Both the position numbers and the translations under genes were made by a program. Below are positions 22,900-31,929 of a DNA stretch of 64,000 nucleotides, piece by piece. The stretch spans positions 4,503-68,502 of the forward strand of contig JBDLIA010000004.1 of NCBI GenBank assembly GCA_039715185.1, read 5' to 3'. Positions within the stretch are counted from its first letter, which is position 1; the number at the start of each line of letters is the position of its first letter. The notes beneath the pieces were generated by a model. It saw only the letters and a list, made by a program, of their open reading frames with translations, had not been told where the DNA came from and ran no database searches. The DNA comes from Gemmatimonadota bacterium (GTDB taxonomy: Bacteria > Gemmatimonadota > Gemmatimonadetes > Longimicrobiales > RSA9).

Positions 22900-23600
22900 C
22901 GCTGGTGCGGATCGTCGAGGCGCTCCTGTTCGCGAGCGACGCCCCGCTTTCGGCGGCGGACATCGCGCGCGCCGAACCCGACGTGGACGAGGCCACGGTG
23001 CTGGAGGCGATCGACGCCCTGCGGCGTGAGTACGACGAGGCGGACCGCGCGTTCGGCGTTTACGAGCTCGCGGGAGGCTTCCAGATCCTGACCCGGCCGG
23101 AGTTCGTTCCCTACCTCGAGCGTTTCGCCACGGTGAGCCGCAGCGCGAGGATATCCCCGGCCGCGCTGGAAGCGCTGGCCATCGTGGCCTACCGGCAACC
23201 GATCGGGCGGGCCGAGATTGAGGAGATCCGCGGCGTCGGCTCCGTCGGCGTGTTGCGGACCCTGGCGGAGCGGGACCTCATCGAAGTCGTGGGCCGGGGA
23301 GAGGGCCTGGGCCGGCCGCTCCTGTACGGAACCACGCGCAGGTTCCTGGACCACTTCGGGTACGCGTCGCTGGACGACCTGCCGAGGCCCGAGGAGTTGC
23401 CGGTGGTTCTGCGGCAGCAATTCGCGCTCGAGCCGGCAGAAGCCTCGGCGGAGACCGAAGCGGGCGGCGAGCCGGAGGCCGGAGCGCCTCCGGACGCGCG
23501 CGACCGGGAGGCCGAAGGAGCCCGCCTGGCCATGGTGGTGGAGGCGGAGGTGGACCGCGTGGTCGCCGCGGCCACGAGCCGCCCGCCGCCCAGTGAGTGA
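22896..23600 (+). CDS. scpB: segregation and condensation protein B
   Basis: ATG 22896 overlaps the scpA stop. The phrases IVEALLFASDAPLS...LEALAIVAYRQPIGRAEIEEIRGV are typical of ScpB. Confidence 0.85.
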   Translation: MTLVRIVEALLFASDAPLSAADIARAEPDVDEATVLEAIDALRREYDEADRAFGVYELAGGFQILTRPEFVPYLERFATVSRSARISPAALEALAIVAYRQPIGRAEIEEIRGVGSVGVLRTLAERDLIEVVGRGEGLGRPLLYGTTRRFLDHFGYASLDDLPRPEELPVVLRQQFALEPAEASAETEAGGEPEAGAPPDARDREAEGARLAMVVEAEVDRVVAAATSRPPPSE

Positions 23601-24351
23601 GGCCGGCGCCGAGGGGGTTCGGCTGCAGCGTCACCTGGCGCGGTGCGGGCACGGATCCCGGCGCAGCGCGGAGGCCTTGATCACGTCTGGACGGGTGCGC
23701 GTCAACGGTCGCCTCGTGACCGAGCTCGGCACCCGGGTGCGCCCCGAGCGGGACCGCGTGGAGGTCGACGGTCGCTTGGTCAGGCCGAGCGCGGAGACGT
23801 GGATCGCGCTGCACAAGCAGCGCGGGGCGGTCACCACGAGGCGCGATCCGCGGGGGCGACGCACGATCTACGACGCGCTCCCCGAGGAGTACGGCGAGTT
23901 GTTCCACGTCGGGCGCCTGGATCGGCAGAGCGAAGGGCTGCTGCTGCTGACCAACGATGGCGACACCGCGTACCGGCTCATGCATCCGCGCTTCAGGGTC
24001 CGCAGGGAATACGTGGTCCAGCCGGAGAAACGCCTGACTGACGCGGAGCTCGCTCGCCTGCGCGCGGGGGTCAAGCTGGAGGATGGCCGGGTGAGGCTCC
24101 TCACGCTCGAGCGCGTCGGCGGGCCCGGGGAGGAGGATGTGCGGATCCGCCTCGCGCTCGCGGAGGGCCGCAACCGAGAAATTCGTCGGCTTCTGGAAGC
24201 CATCGGCCACCGGGTGGTTCGGCTCCGGCGAGTTCGTTACGGACCGATTCGATTGGGCAAGCTGGCGCCGGGGCGGTGGCGGGAACTGACCGCCGAGGAG
24301 ATAGAGGCGTTGAAGAAAACGAAGGCGGGGAAGGGGAGGCGGACCGCCTAA
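23593..24351 (+). CDS. rluB: pseudouridine synthase, RsuA/RluB family
   Basis: GTG 23593. It has an S4 domain (RLQRHLARCGHGSRRSAEALITSGRVRVNG) and a catalytic GRLDRQSEGLLLLTNDG motif. Confidence 0.85.
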   Translation: MSEAGAEGVRLQRHLARCGHGSRRSAEALITSGRVRVNGRLVTELGTRVRPERDRVEVDGRLVRPSAETWIALHKQRGAVTTRRDPRGRRTIYDALPEEYGELFHVGRLDRQSEGLLLLTNDGDTAYRLMHPRFRVRREYVVQPEKRLTDAELARLRAGVKLEDGRVRLLTLERVGGPGEEDVRIRLALAEGRNREIRRLLEAIGHRVVRLRRVRYGPIRLGKLAPGRWRELTAEEIEALKKTKAGKGRRTA

Positions 24352-26009
24352 TGGACATCGCCGGTAAGAGGGTGCTGATCCTGGGTGGGTCGGGGCTCGT
24401 GGGCCTCGCGGTCGCGCGCCGATTGCTGGAGCTACGCCCGGCGCGGTTGACCATCAGCGCGCTGCGACCGCACGAGACCGAGGCGGGGGTGGCGGAACTC
24501 GCTAGCGACGCGGAGCGCGCGGGCGCGGATCTGGGTGCCTCGTACGGCAACCTGTTCGTACCCCTCGCTCTCAAGGATCGCCCGCGCCGGGAAATCCTGG
24601 CGCACGCCGAGGCCCGCGGCCTCATTCTGGACGACATGCTGGGGGAGTTCAGCGCCGAGGTGGTGGAGCGCTCGACCCTCGGCGCGCTGGTGCTGGAGGA
24701 GCGGCCGGACATCGTCGTCGATTGCGTGAACACGGCGACCACGCTCGCCTATCAGAACGTATTCGAGAGCGCCCGCGGACTGCGCTCCGAGGCCGCCGGC
24801 GGAGGCGCCCCCGCGGATTCGGTCGAGCGGCACCTGGCGACCCTGTACCTGCCGCAGATGATCCGACACGTGCAGATCGCGCTCGACGCGATGCGTCGCG
24901 TCGGCACCGGATTCTATCTGAAGATCGGCACGTCCGGGACGGGAGGCATGGGGCTCAACGTGCCGTTCACCCACTCCGAGGAACGCCCGAGCGCGGTGCT
25001 GCTGGCCAAGGCGGGTTTGGCGGGCGCGCACACCATGTACCTGTTCCTGATGGCGCGCACGCCTGGCTCCCCCGCGGTGAAGGAGATCAAGCCGACCGCG
25101 GCGATCTCCTGGAAGCGAATCGGCTTCGGCCCGGTAAAGAGGGGCGGCGCGGCCATCGAGCGGTTCGACGCGGTGGAGCCCGTCCGGCTCGAGGGTGCGT
25201 TCGCGGGCGTATCACAGGGGGAGGCGTGGAGGCCCGCGGGCGGGCCGCTGGAGGGCGTCTACCTGGACGCGGGCGAGAACGGGCTCTTCAGCGCGCCCGA
25301 GTTCGAGGCGCTGACGGCGCTCGGGCTGATGGAGTACATCACCCCCGAAGAGATCGCTGACTCGGCGGTGCGGGAGATCACCGGGCGCCCCACGGGGCAT
25401 GACGTGGTGGGCGCGCTGGACGCCGCCACGTCCGGGCCCACGTACCGGGCCGGCGTGCTCCGCGAGGTGGCGCTCGCGCGCATGGCGGAGCTGGAGGAGC
25501 AGCACGGCGTCGAACCCATCGCCTACGAAGCGCTGGGCCCACCCCGCCTGTCCAAGCTGCTCTTCGAGGCGAGCCTGCTGGGCCGACTCTTCGAGACCCT
25601 GGCGGACGCGGCCGAGCTGGACCCCGACGCCACCGCGGCGGCGGCGTGGAACATCGTCCAGCGCGACGACGAACTCCGCATCCGCATGATCAGCGTCGGC
25701 TTTCCGGTCCTGCTGCCGGACGGGTCGAGCCTGCTGCGGGGTCCCGTCGTGGTGGTCCCCCCCGACGACGGCACGCCTTTCGACGCCAGCGCCATCGACG
25801 CGGGCTGGGTGGACCTGCGCCCCCGCAACTGGGAGCGCTGGAAGGACAGGTTCGGGGCCATGCGCGAGCTGCCGACTGGGGCCGAGGCGGTGGACCGGGG
25901 ATCGGGCGCGGACGTGGACCCTGGAACCCTGCGGGGGGCGCTCCGGCCCGGGCGCCTGGCAGCCTGGGTACTGCGCTACGAGGAAGCCGGGGAGCGGATC
26001 AAACGCTGA
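24351..26009 (+). CDS. uncharacterised 552-aa protein with an N-terminal NAD(P)-binding Rossmann fold
   Basis: ATG 24351 shares one base with the rluB stop (TAATG). It has KRVLILGGSGLVGLAVARRL (GxGxxG) and later VVDCVNTAT and GTSGTGGMGLNVPFTHSE. I recognise no family for the C-terminal roughly 300 aa. GC3 is high throughout. Confidence 0.7.
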   Translation: MDIAGKRVLILGGSGLVGLAVARRLLELRPARLTISALRPHETEAGVAELASDAERAGADLGASYGNLFVPLALKDRPRREILAHAEARGLILDDMLGEFSAEVVERSTLGALVLEERPDIVVDCVNTATTLAYQNVFESARGLRSEAAGGGAPADSVERHLATLYLPQMIRHVQIALDAMRRVGTGFYLKIGTSGTGGMGLNVPFTHSEERPSAVLLAKAGLAGAHTMYLFLMARTPGSPAVKEIKPTAAISWKRIGFGPVKRGGAAIERFDAVEPVRLEGAFAGVSQGEAWRPAGGPLEGVYLDAGENGLFSAPEFEALTALGLMEYITPEEIADSAVREITGRPTGHDVVGALDAATSGPTYRAGVLREVALARMAELEEQHGVEPIAYEALGPPRLSKLLFEASLLGRLFETLADAAELDPDATAAAAWNIVQRDDELRIRMISVGFPVLLPDGSSLLRGPVVVVPPDDGTPFDASAIDAGWVDLRPRNWERWKDRFGAMRELPTGAEAVDRGSGADVDPGTLRGALRPGRLAAWVLRYEEAGERIKR

Positions 26010-26159
26010 GCGCGCCGGCAGAGTCGCAGCAGAAGGATCCGTTCGGCGTGCGGCGCGTACTAGGGGGTCGCGCGCGCGGTACGGGGCGGCGGGCGGGGTG
26101 ACGACAACCAATATGACCGAGCGGTCGGGACGCGCGGTGCGGTTCGACCTGGAGGCACG

Positions 26160-27251
26160 GTGGACGGATACGAGAACGAGGGCTACGGGGCTGCTTCGCC
26201 GGCGGACGCGGGAGTAGAGGGCCTGGTGCCCGCTCCCGAAGGCGGCGCGGCCTACCCGGAGACGAGCACGACCGCTCCGGTTCGGGGAGCACCGCCCTCT
26301 CCCGGGTTGGAGCTGGCCCGGCGGATCACCGAGCAGATCCGCAAGCGGGTCGTGGGTCAGGACCTCCTCGTCGAGCGTCTGCTGATCGGGCTTCTGGCCG
26401 ACGGGCACGTCCTGCTCGAGGGCGTTCCCGGGCTCGCGAAGACGCTCACGGTCAGTTCGCTGGCGGACGCCATCCGGGCAGATTTCCAGCGCATCCAGTT
26501 CACCCCCGACCTGCTTCCAGCCGACATCGTCGGCACCATGATCTTCAACCAGGCGAGCGGGGAATTCACCCCCAAGCGGGGACCCATTTTCACCAACATC
26601 GTACTCGCCGACGAGGTCAACCGGGCGCCGCCCAAGGTCCAGTCTGCGCTGCTGGAGGCGATGCAGGAGCGCCAGGTCACGTTCGGCGGGGAGACCCACC
26701 AGCTCGACGCGCCGTTCCTGGTCCTCGCGACCCAGAACCCCATAGAGCACGAGGGCACGTATCCGTTGCCCGAGGCACAGATCGACCGCTTCATGCTCAA
26801 GCTCGTCGTGCGCTACCCGGCGCGCGACGAGGAGAAGGAGATCGTGCGGTTGATGGCGGGCCGCGAACCGGTCGACATCGACCCGGTGGCGGGCCCCGAG
26901 GACGTGTTCGCGGCGCGGCGCGAGGTCCGCGCCGTCTACATGGATGACAAGATCACCGACTACATCGTCGACATCGTGCGCTCCACGCGCCACCCGGACG
27001 AGTTCGGAGCCTCGGAGTTGCGCCCGCTCATTCACTTCGGGGCTTCACCGCGCGCCAGCATATACCTGGCCGAATGCGCTCGCGCGCAGGCGTTTCTGCG
27101 CGGCCGCGAGTACGTGCTGCCCGAGGACGTGAAGGAGCTGGCGCCGGACATCCTGCGGCACCGCGTCATCACCACCTTCGAGGCGGAGGCCGAGGAGGTC
27201 ACCGCCGATGACATCATTCGCAGGTTGCTCGAGGTTGTGCGCGTGCCGTGA
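26160..27251 (+). CDS. MoxR-family AAA+ ATPase
   Basis: 363 aa. Walker A is EGVPGLAKT and Walker B/sensor is VLADEVNRAPPKVQSALLEAMQERQVT. The C-terminal lid region is typical of MoxR. Confidence 0.9.
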   Translation: MDGYENEGYGAASPADAGVEGLVPAPEGGAAYPETSTTAPVRGAPPSPGLELARRITEQIRKRVVGQDLLVERLLIGLLADGHVLLEGVPGLAKTLTVSSLADAIRADFQRIQFTPDLLPADIVGTMIFNQASGEFTPKRGPIFTNIVLADEVNRAPPKVQSALLEAMQERQVTFGGETHQLDAPFLVLATQNPIEHEGTYPLPEAQIDRFMLKLVVRYPARDEEKEIVRLMAGREPVDIDPVAGPEDVFAARREVRAVYMDDKITDYIVDIVRSTRHPDEFGASELRPLIHFGASPRASIYLAECARAQAFLRGREYVLPEDVKELAPDILRHRVITTFEAEAEEVTADDIIRRLLEVVRVP

Positions 27252-28210
27252 TCGGCTGGCCCCTTCCCCCCAACGAAGAGCACGCGCGGCCGGAGCGGGA
27301 GCGAGCCGGAGGAGGCGTTCCACGCGAGGTTCTGCGCCAGGTTCGTCTGATCGAGCTGCGCACGCGCGGTCTCGTGGACAACATCTTCGGCGGTGAGTAC
27401 CAGTCCGTGTTCCGCGGGCAGGGCATCGAATTCGCCGAAGTGCGCGAGTACCTGCCCGGAGACGACATCCGGACCATCGACTGGAACGTGACGGCGCGCA
27501 TGGGCGAGCCGTTCGTGAAGCAGTACGTCGAGGAGCGCGAGCTGACGCTACTGCTCCTGGTCGACCTCTCCGGGTCCGAGCAGTTCGGCACTCGCAGCCG
27601 ATTCAAGGCCGAGCTGGCCGCCGAGATCGGCGCGGTCATCGCGCTGTCCGCGGCGCGCAACAACGATCGCACCGGCCTGCTGATCTTCACCGACCGGGTG
27701 GAGCATTCGGTACCGCCCAAGAAGGGTCGCCGGCACGTCCTGCGGCTGATCCGCGATGTGCTGGCCTTCCAGCCGCAGGGCAGCGGCACCGACCTGGCTG
27801 GCGCCCTCGACTACGCGGGCAGGGTTCTCTCGCACCGCGCCATCGTATTCGTGCTCAGCGATTTTCATCTGCCGCCCGAGGCCGAGGCGAACTTCGATCA
27901 TAGGCTGCAGGTCGTGTCGCGACGCCACGACGTCGTCGCGGTGAAGATCTCCGACCCGCGCGAGCTGGAGCTGCCCGACGCCGGGCTCCTGCGCCTGCGC
28001 GACCCCGAGACGGGCGAAGTCAGGGTCGTCGACACGGGTCGGCTGGACGTGCGCCAGCGCTTCCGGGCGACCGCGCTGGCCCGTGAAGCGGCCATGCGCA
28101 GGCGCTTCCGACGGCTCGGCGTGGACGAGATCGAGGTTGCCACCGACCGGCCGTACGCCCCGCCGCTGCTCGAGTTCTTCGAGCGTCGGGCGCGCGCCGG
28201 GCGGCGATGA
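27248..28210 (+). CDS. DUF58 protein (MoxR-associated, vWA-like)
   Basis: 320 aa. The hallmark is GEYQSVFRGQGIEFAEVREYLPGDDIRTIDWNVTAR. It has a GTGA overlap with the moxR gene. Confidence 0.85.
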   Translation: MIGWPLPPNEEHARPERERAGGGVPREVLRQVRLIELRTRGLVDNIFGGEYQSVFRGQGIEFAEVREYLPGDDIRTIDWNVTARMGEPFVKQYVEERELTLLLLVDLSGSEQFGTRSRFKAELAAEIGAVIALSAARNNDRTGLLIFTDRVEHSVPPKKGRRHVLRLIRDVLAFQPQGSGTDLAGALDYAGRVLSHRAIVFVLSDFHLPPEAEANFDHRLQVVSRRHDVVAVKISDPRELELPDAGLLRLRDPETGEVRVVDTGRLDVRQRFRATALAREAAMRRRFRRLGVDEIEVATDRPYAPPLLEFFERRARAGRR

Positions 28211-29193
28211 ACCGGGGCGCGGCCGCTCTTCTGGCCGCCAATTGGCTGGTCTTCGCGGTCGCGGCGGTTGCCGCCCAGGCGCCGCCGAGCGCGTTGCTGG
28301 TTGGCGCCGACAGCGCCACGGTCGGGGACCGAGTGGTGCTAGTGCTGCGCGCGCCGGTCGGGCCTGGTGAATCGGCCCTCTTTCCGGATTCATTCGCGAC
28401 CGCCCCCGACGTCGAGCTCCTGGGCGTCGCTCCGGGTGACCTGCTCCCCGCCCGGGAGGCAGGTTCGGCGGTCGCCGCCTACCTGATCACCGCCTGGCGG
28501 CCCGGCGAGCATCCCCTGGAGCCGATCGAGGTGCGGGTCGTGGGGGAGGGCGGGAGTGAGCGCTCGGTGACGTTTCGGCCGCCGCCGCTGCGGGTCCTGT
28601 CGGTGCTCCCGGAGGACACGGCGCAAATCGAGCCGCGCCCGCCGAAGGACGTGATCGGGCCAAATCGGACGCTTCTTCCCATCCTGGTGGTTCTGGTCCT
28701 CCTGGTCGCCGCCGCTGTCGCCCTCGCCCGCTGGGCGTCTCGGCGCGCGGCCGCGCGCCGAACGTTCCCGACGCCCCGGATTGATCCCGGAGAGCGGGCC
28801 CTCGTCGAGCTGGACCGGATCCACAGGTCCGGCCTCCTTGAGCGTGGTGAAGTCAAAACGTTCTATGTACTTACGACGCGAACGCTCAGGGATTACCTGA
28901 ATGCTGTCGAACCGGCTTGGGGCGCCGGGCTGACCACGGCGGAGATAGACTCTCAGGTCGATCCCGGCCTGCGCCCGCGGGAGCGAAGGGAGCTGGTCAC
29001 GGTCCTGTTCCGAGCGGATCGCGTGAAGTTCGCGCGGCACCGTCCCGACCTGAGCGAACCCGAGGAGCTGTGGCGCGTGGCTCGAGAGTGGGTCGTCGCG
29101 CACGAGGCGGGGCGGGCGCACCGGGCGGCGGAGGCCGCGGAGGCCGCGGAGGCCGCGGAGGCGGCGGCGGTGGGCGCGGGAGGAGCGAAGTGA
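28207..29193 (+). CDS. membrane protein of the Bat cluster (signal peptide, periplasmic domain, one TM, DUF4381-like C-terminal part)
   Basis: 328 aa. It has a signal peptide, a central TM (LLPILVVLVLLVAAAVALA), then a region ending KTFYVLTTRTLRDYL that resembles the short proteins usually found between DUF58 and vWA genes. The tail is AEAAEAAEAAEAA. Confidence 0.6.
   Translation: MNRGAAALLAANWLVFAVAAVAAQAPPSALLVGADSATVGDRVVLVLRAPVGPGESALFPDSFATAPDVELLGVAPGDLLPAREAGSAVAAYLITAWRPGEHPLEPIEVRVVGEGGSERSVTFRPPPLRVLSVLPEDTAQIEPRPPKDVIGPNRTLLPILVVLVLLVAAAVALARWASRRAAARRTFPTPRIDPGERALVELDRIHRSGLLERGEVKTFYVLTTRTLRDYLNAVEPAWGAGLTTAEIDSQVDPGLRPRERRELVTVLFRADRVKFARHRPDLSEPEELWRVAREWVVAHEAGRAHRAAEAAEAAEAAEAAAVGAGGAK
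29128..29163 (+). repeat. 9-bp tandem repeat (GCGGAGGCC x3 plus one degenerate copy) inside a CDS
   Basis: Direct reading gives units at 29128-36, 29137-45, 29146-54 and 29155-63 (the last is GCGGAGGCG). They encode (AEA)n. Confidence 0.8.
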
Positions 29194-30176
29194 GCGTCGG
29201 GTTCGAGCGGCCCTGGCTGCTGCTCCTGTTGCCGGGCGCGGTGCTCCTGGGGTGGTGGCTGGTGGTGCACACTCCGGCCGCGCTCCGCTTCTCGCGGGTC
29301 GACGGCCTGCCCGCCGGGGACCGCTTTCTGCGCGCGCTGTCCGTGGCGCCGGAGTGGCTCAGGGCCGGGGCGATCGGCGCGCTGGCCGTCGCGCTCGCGG
29401 GTCCGCGCACCGGAGTGTCGTCGGTGGAGATCGACGCCGAGGGGATAGCCGCCGTGGTGGCCCTGGACATATCCAGCTCGATGCTCGCCGAGGATTTCGC
29501 GCCCGACAATCGGTTCACGGTGGCGCGGCGCCAGGTAGCCGAGTTCATCCGTGGCCGCACCTACGACAGGATCGGCCTGGTGGCCTTCTCGGGCGAGGCG
29601 CTGACGCAGGTACCGATCACCATCGACTACTCGGTTCTGTTCCGCGCGCTCGAGCGGCTGCGCGTGGGTCAGCTCGAGGACGGAACCGCTATCGGCACCG
29701 CCATCGCCACGGCGGCGAACCGGTTACGGCGCGCCCCCGGAGAGTCGCGGGTGATCATCCTGATGACGGACGGCGAGAACAACCGGGGCGAGGTGGACCC
29801 GCTGACCGCGGCGCGCGCGGCGGCGGCTTTCGGCGTCAAGGTCTACGCGATAGGCGTGGGCAGCGAGGGCGTCGCGCAGATGCCCATCGGGCGCGACCTG
29901 TTCGGCAGGTTCCAGTACGCCACGGTGGAGGTGCACATCGACGAGGAGCTCCTCACCGACATCTCCGAGCTCACCGGCGGGCGCTACTACCGCGCGACGG
30001 ATGCGGCGGCGCTGGACAGCATCTACAGCGAGATCGACGCCCTGGAGACGACCGAGGTCGAGGTGCGCCGGTTCGTGGCATATACGCCGCGCTACCTGCC
30101 CTTCGTGCTCATCGCGGGGCTCCTCTTCCTGGTCGAGTTGGCGCTGCGGGCAAGCCCGTGGGGCAGGCTGCCATGA
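29190..30176 (+). CDS. batA: vWA-domain membrane protein, BatA-like
   Basis: GTG 29190 overlaps the upstream stop. It has N-terminal TM helices, a vWA MIDAS (ALDISSSM...DGTAIG...ILMTDGENN) and a C-terminal TM. Confidence 0.85.
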   Translation: MSVGFERPWLLLLLPGAVLLGWWLVVHTPAALRFSRVDGLPAGDRFLRALSVAPEWLRAGAIGALAVALAGPRTGVSSVEIDAEGIAAVVALDISSSMLAEDFAPDNRFTVARRQVAEFIRGRTYDRIGLVAFSGEALTQVPITIDYSVLFRALERLRVGQLEDGTAIGTAIATAANRLRRAPGESRVIILMTDGENNRGEVDPLTAARAAAAFGVKVYAIGVGSEGVAQMPIGRDLFGRFQYATVEVHIDEELLTDISELTGGRYYRATDAAALDSIYSEIDALETTEVEVRRFVAYTPRYLPFVLIAGLLFLVELALRASPWGRLP

Positions 30177-31219
30177 CCTTCGCGCGCCCGGAGCTGGTGT
30201 GGCTCGCGCTGGTGCTTCCCCTCATCGCGGCGGCGGCCGTGTGGGGCATCGCCACGCGCCGCACCCGCGCCCTGCAGCTGCTCGGAGACCTGCCACTCGT
30301 GCGGCGGCTGCTTGTCGGGACGTCGCGGGAGCCCACGCCGCTCGCGGCGTTGCGGCTGGGCGTGGCGGCCGCGGCGATCGGCATGGCCGCGTCGGGGCCA
30401 CGCTGGGGGCTGGAGGAGGTGGAAGCGACCGGCAGCTCGCGCACGCTGGTGCTCGCCGTGGACGTATCGCGCTCGATGCTGGCGACGGACCTCGACCCGG
30501 ATCGGTTGGAGGCGGCTCGCTTGATGCTGCGCAGGCTGCTCGCCGCGCTGCCCGGGGACCGCATCGGTCTGGTGGCGTTCGCGGGCAACGGCTACGTGCT
30601 GTCGCCTCCCACGGTCGACCATGGGGCTTTGGGGCTGTACGTGGACGCCCTGGCTCCGGACATCATGAGCCAGGGCGGGTCGTCGCTGGCGGCCGCGCTA
30701 CGGGAGGCCACCGCGCTGGCGCGAGGGGAAGAAGAGTCCGTGGGCGGGCGCCGCGCGGCGGTCGTCCTCACCGACGGAGAGGCGCACGAGGACCGCGACG
30801 CGGTCATGGAGGAGGCGAACCGGGCGCGTGAGGCGGGGGTAATTCTACACGTCGTCGGCGTCGGCACCTCGCAGGGAGCGCGCATCCCCATTCGCCGAGC
30901 GCCGAACGGCCGGCCGATCCGGTATCTGCGAGGGCCCGACGGTGAGATCGTGGTGAGTCGCCTGGACGAGACGCTGTTGAGCGACGTGGCGAGCGTGGCC
31001 GGCGGCAGCTACGTGCGGCTCGGCGACGCCGGCGCGTCGGCCGCGCTGGTGGACGCGCTCCGCTCCGTCGCGGCGGACGAAGACGCCCGCGAGCGCCAGG
31101 TGAGGCCGCGCGAACGGTACGCCTGGTTCGTCGCTCTGGCCCTCATCCTGATCGCCGCGGACGCGTGGGCGCAGCGCACGCCGCCGCGCCGCAGCGGGCG
31201 CGCGGGAGAGAGCGAGTGA
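30173..31219 (+). CDS. batB: vWA-domain membrane protein, BatB-like
   Basis: ATG 30173 overlaps the batA stop. The vWA MIDAS is AVDVSRSM...GGSSLAAAL...VVLTDGEAHED. TM helices sit at both ends. Confidence 0.85.
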   Translation: MTFARPELVWLALVLPLIAAAAVWGIATRRTRALQLLGDLPLVRRLLVGTSREPTPLAALRLGVAAAAIGMAASGPRWGLEEVEATGSSRTLVLAVDVSRSMLATDLDPDRLEAARLMLRRLLAALPGDRIGLVAFAGNGYVLSPPTVDHGALGLYVDALAPDIMSQGGSSLAAALREATALARGEEESVGGRRAAVVLTDGEAHEDRDAVMEEANRAREAGVILHVVGVGTSQGARIPIRRAPNGRPIRYLRGPDGEIVVSRLDETLLSDVASVAGGSYVRLGDAGASAALVDALRSVAADEDARERQVRPRERYAWFVALALILIAADAWAQRTPPRRSGRAGESE

Positions 31220-31929
31220 TGGGCAGGCGCCTCCCCCGCGTGTTCGGCGTCATCGTCGGCGCGTTGCTCCTCGCGGGCTTCGGCGACACCGAGCGCGGCA
31301 ATCGACTGTTCAGGGATGGCCGCTACGAAGAGGCGCTGTCGGCATACCGGGAAGCCCTTCAGGCCGGCCGTGATGACCCCGAGCTGCGCTACAACATCGG
31401 CACGACGCTTCTCAGGCTCGGACGCTACGCCGAGGCCGAGCGGCAGTACGCTCGGGCGCTGCGCAGCGTGGACCCGGAGCTCCGGACCCCCACGTTTTAC
31501 AACCTGGGCCTGCGCTTTCTCTCCGACGGTCGCGGCAGCCCCGACCCGCGCGCCCAGGCGCGCCTTTTCGACGCGGCGGTCGAGGCGTTCCGGCAGTCGC
31601 TGAGGCTGGATCCGGCTGACACCGACGCCAAGTGGAACCTCGAGATGGCGCTCCGGGACCGCGAGGAAGCCGGGGGCGGGGGTGAGGGGGAGGACGAGCA
31701 GGAGAGCGATGAGCCGCAGGGGGGTCAGCAGCAGCAGCCCGGCGGCCAGGGCGCTCCGCCGCCCGGCGGCGGCGCGGGTCCCAGGCCCGAGCGGGCGCCG
31801 GCGCCGGGGGAGATGACCCGCGAGCAGGCGGAGCGAGTGCTCGGGGCGGTGGAGCAGGACGAACGCGAGCTCTTCCGCGACCAGCTTCGCGACGCTCAGC
31901 GCGACCGGCCCGTCCTGCGCGACTGGTGA
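31219..31929 (+). CDS. batC: TPR-repeat protein, BatC-like
   Basis: ATG 31219 follows the batB TGA (TGATG). It has an N-terminal TM, TPR units (FRDGRYEEALSAYREAL; LLRLGRYAEAERQYARAL) and an acidic/Gly-rich tail. Confidence 0.75.
   Translation: MGRRLPRVFGVIVGALLLAGFGDTERGNRLFRDGRYEEALSAYREALQAGRDDPELRYNIGTTLLRLGRYAEAERQYARALRSVDPELRTPTFYNLGLRFLSDGRGSPDPRAQARLFDAAVEAFRQSLRLDPADTDAKWNLEMALRDREEAGGGGEGEDEQESDEPQGGQQQQPGGQGAPPPGGGAGPRPERAPAPGEMTREQAERVLGAVEQDERELFRDQLRDAQRDRPVLRDW

Noticed and set aside
25212-27035. A 607-aa - strand ORF antisense to the 552-aa unknown gene and the moxR gene
   Set aside because: It spans an intergenic gap and two + strand genes and is low complexity.
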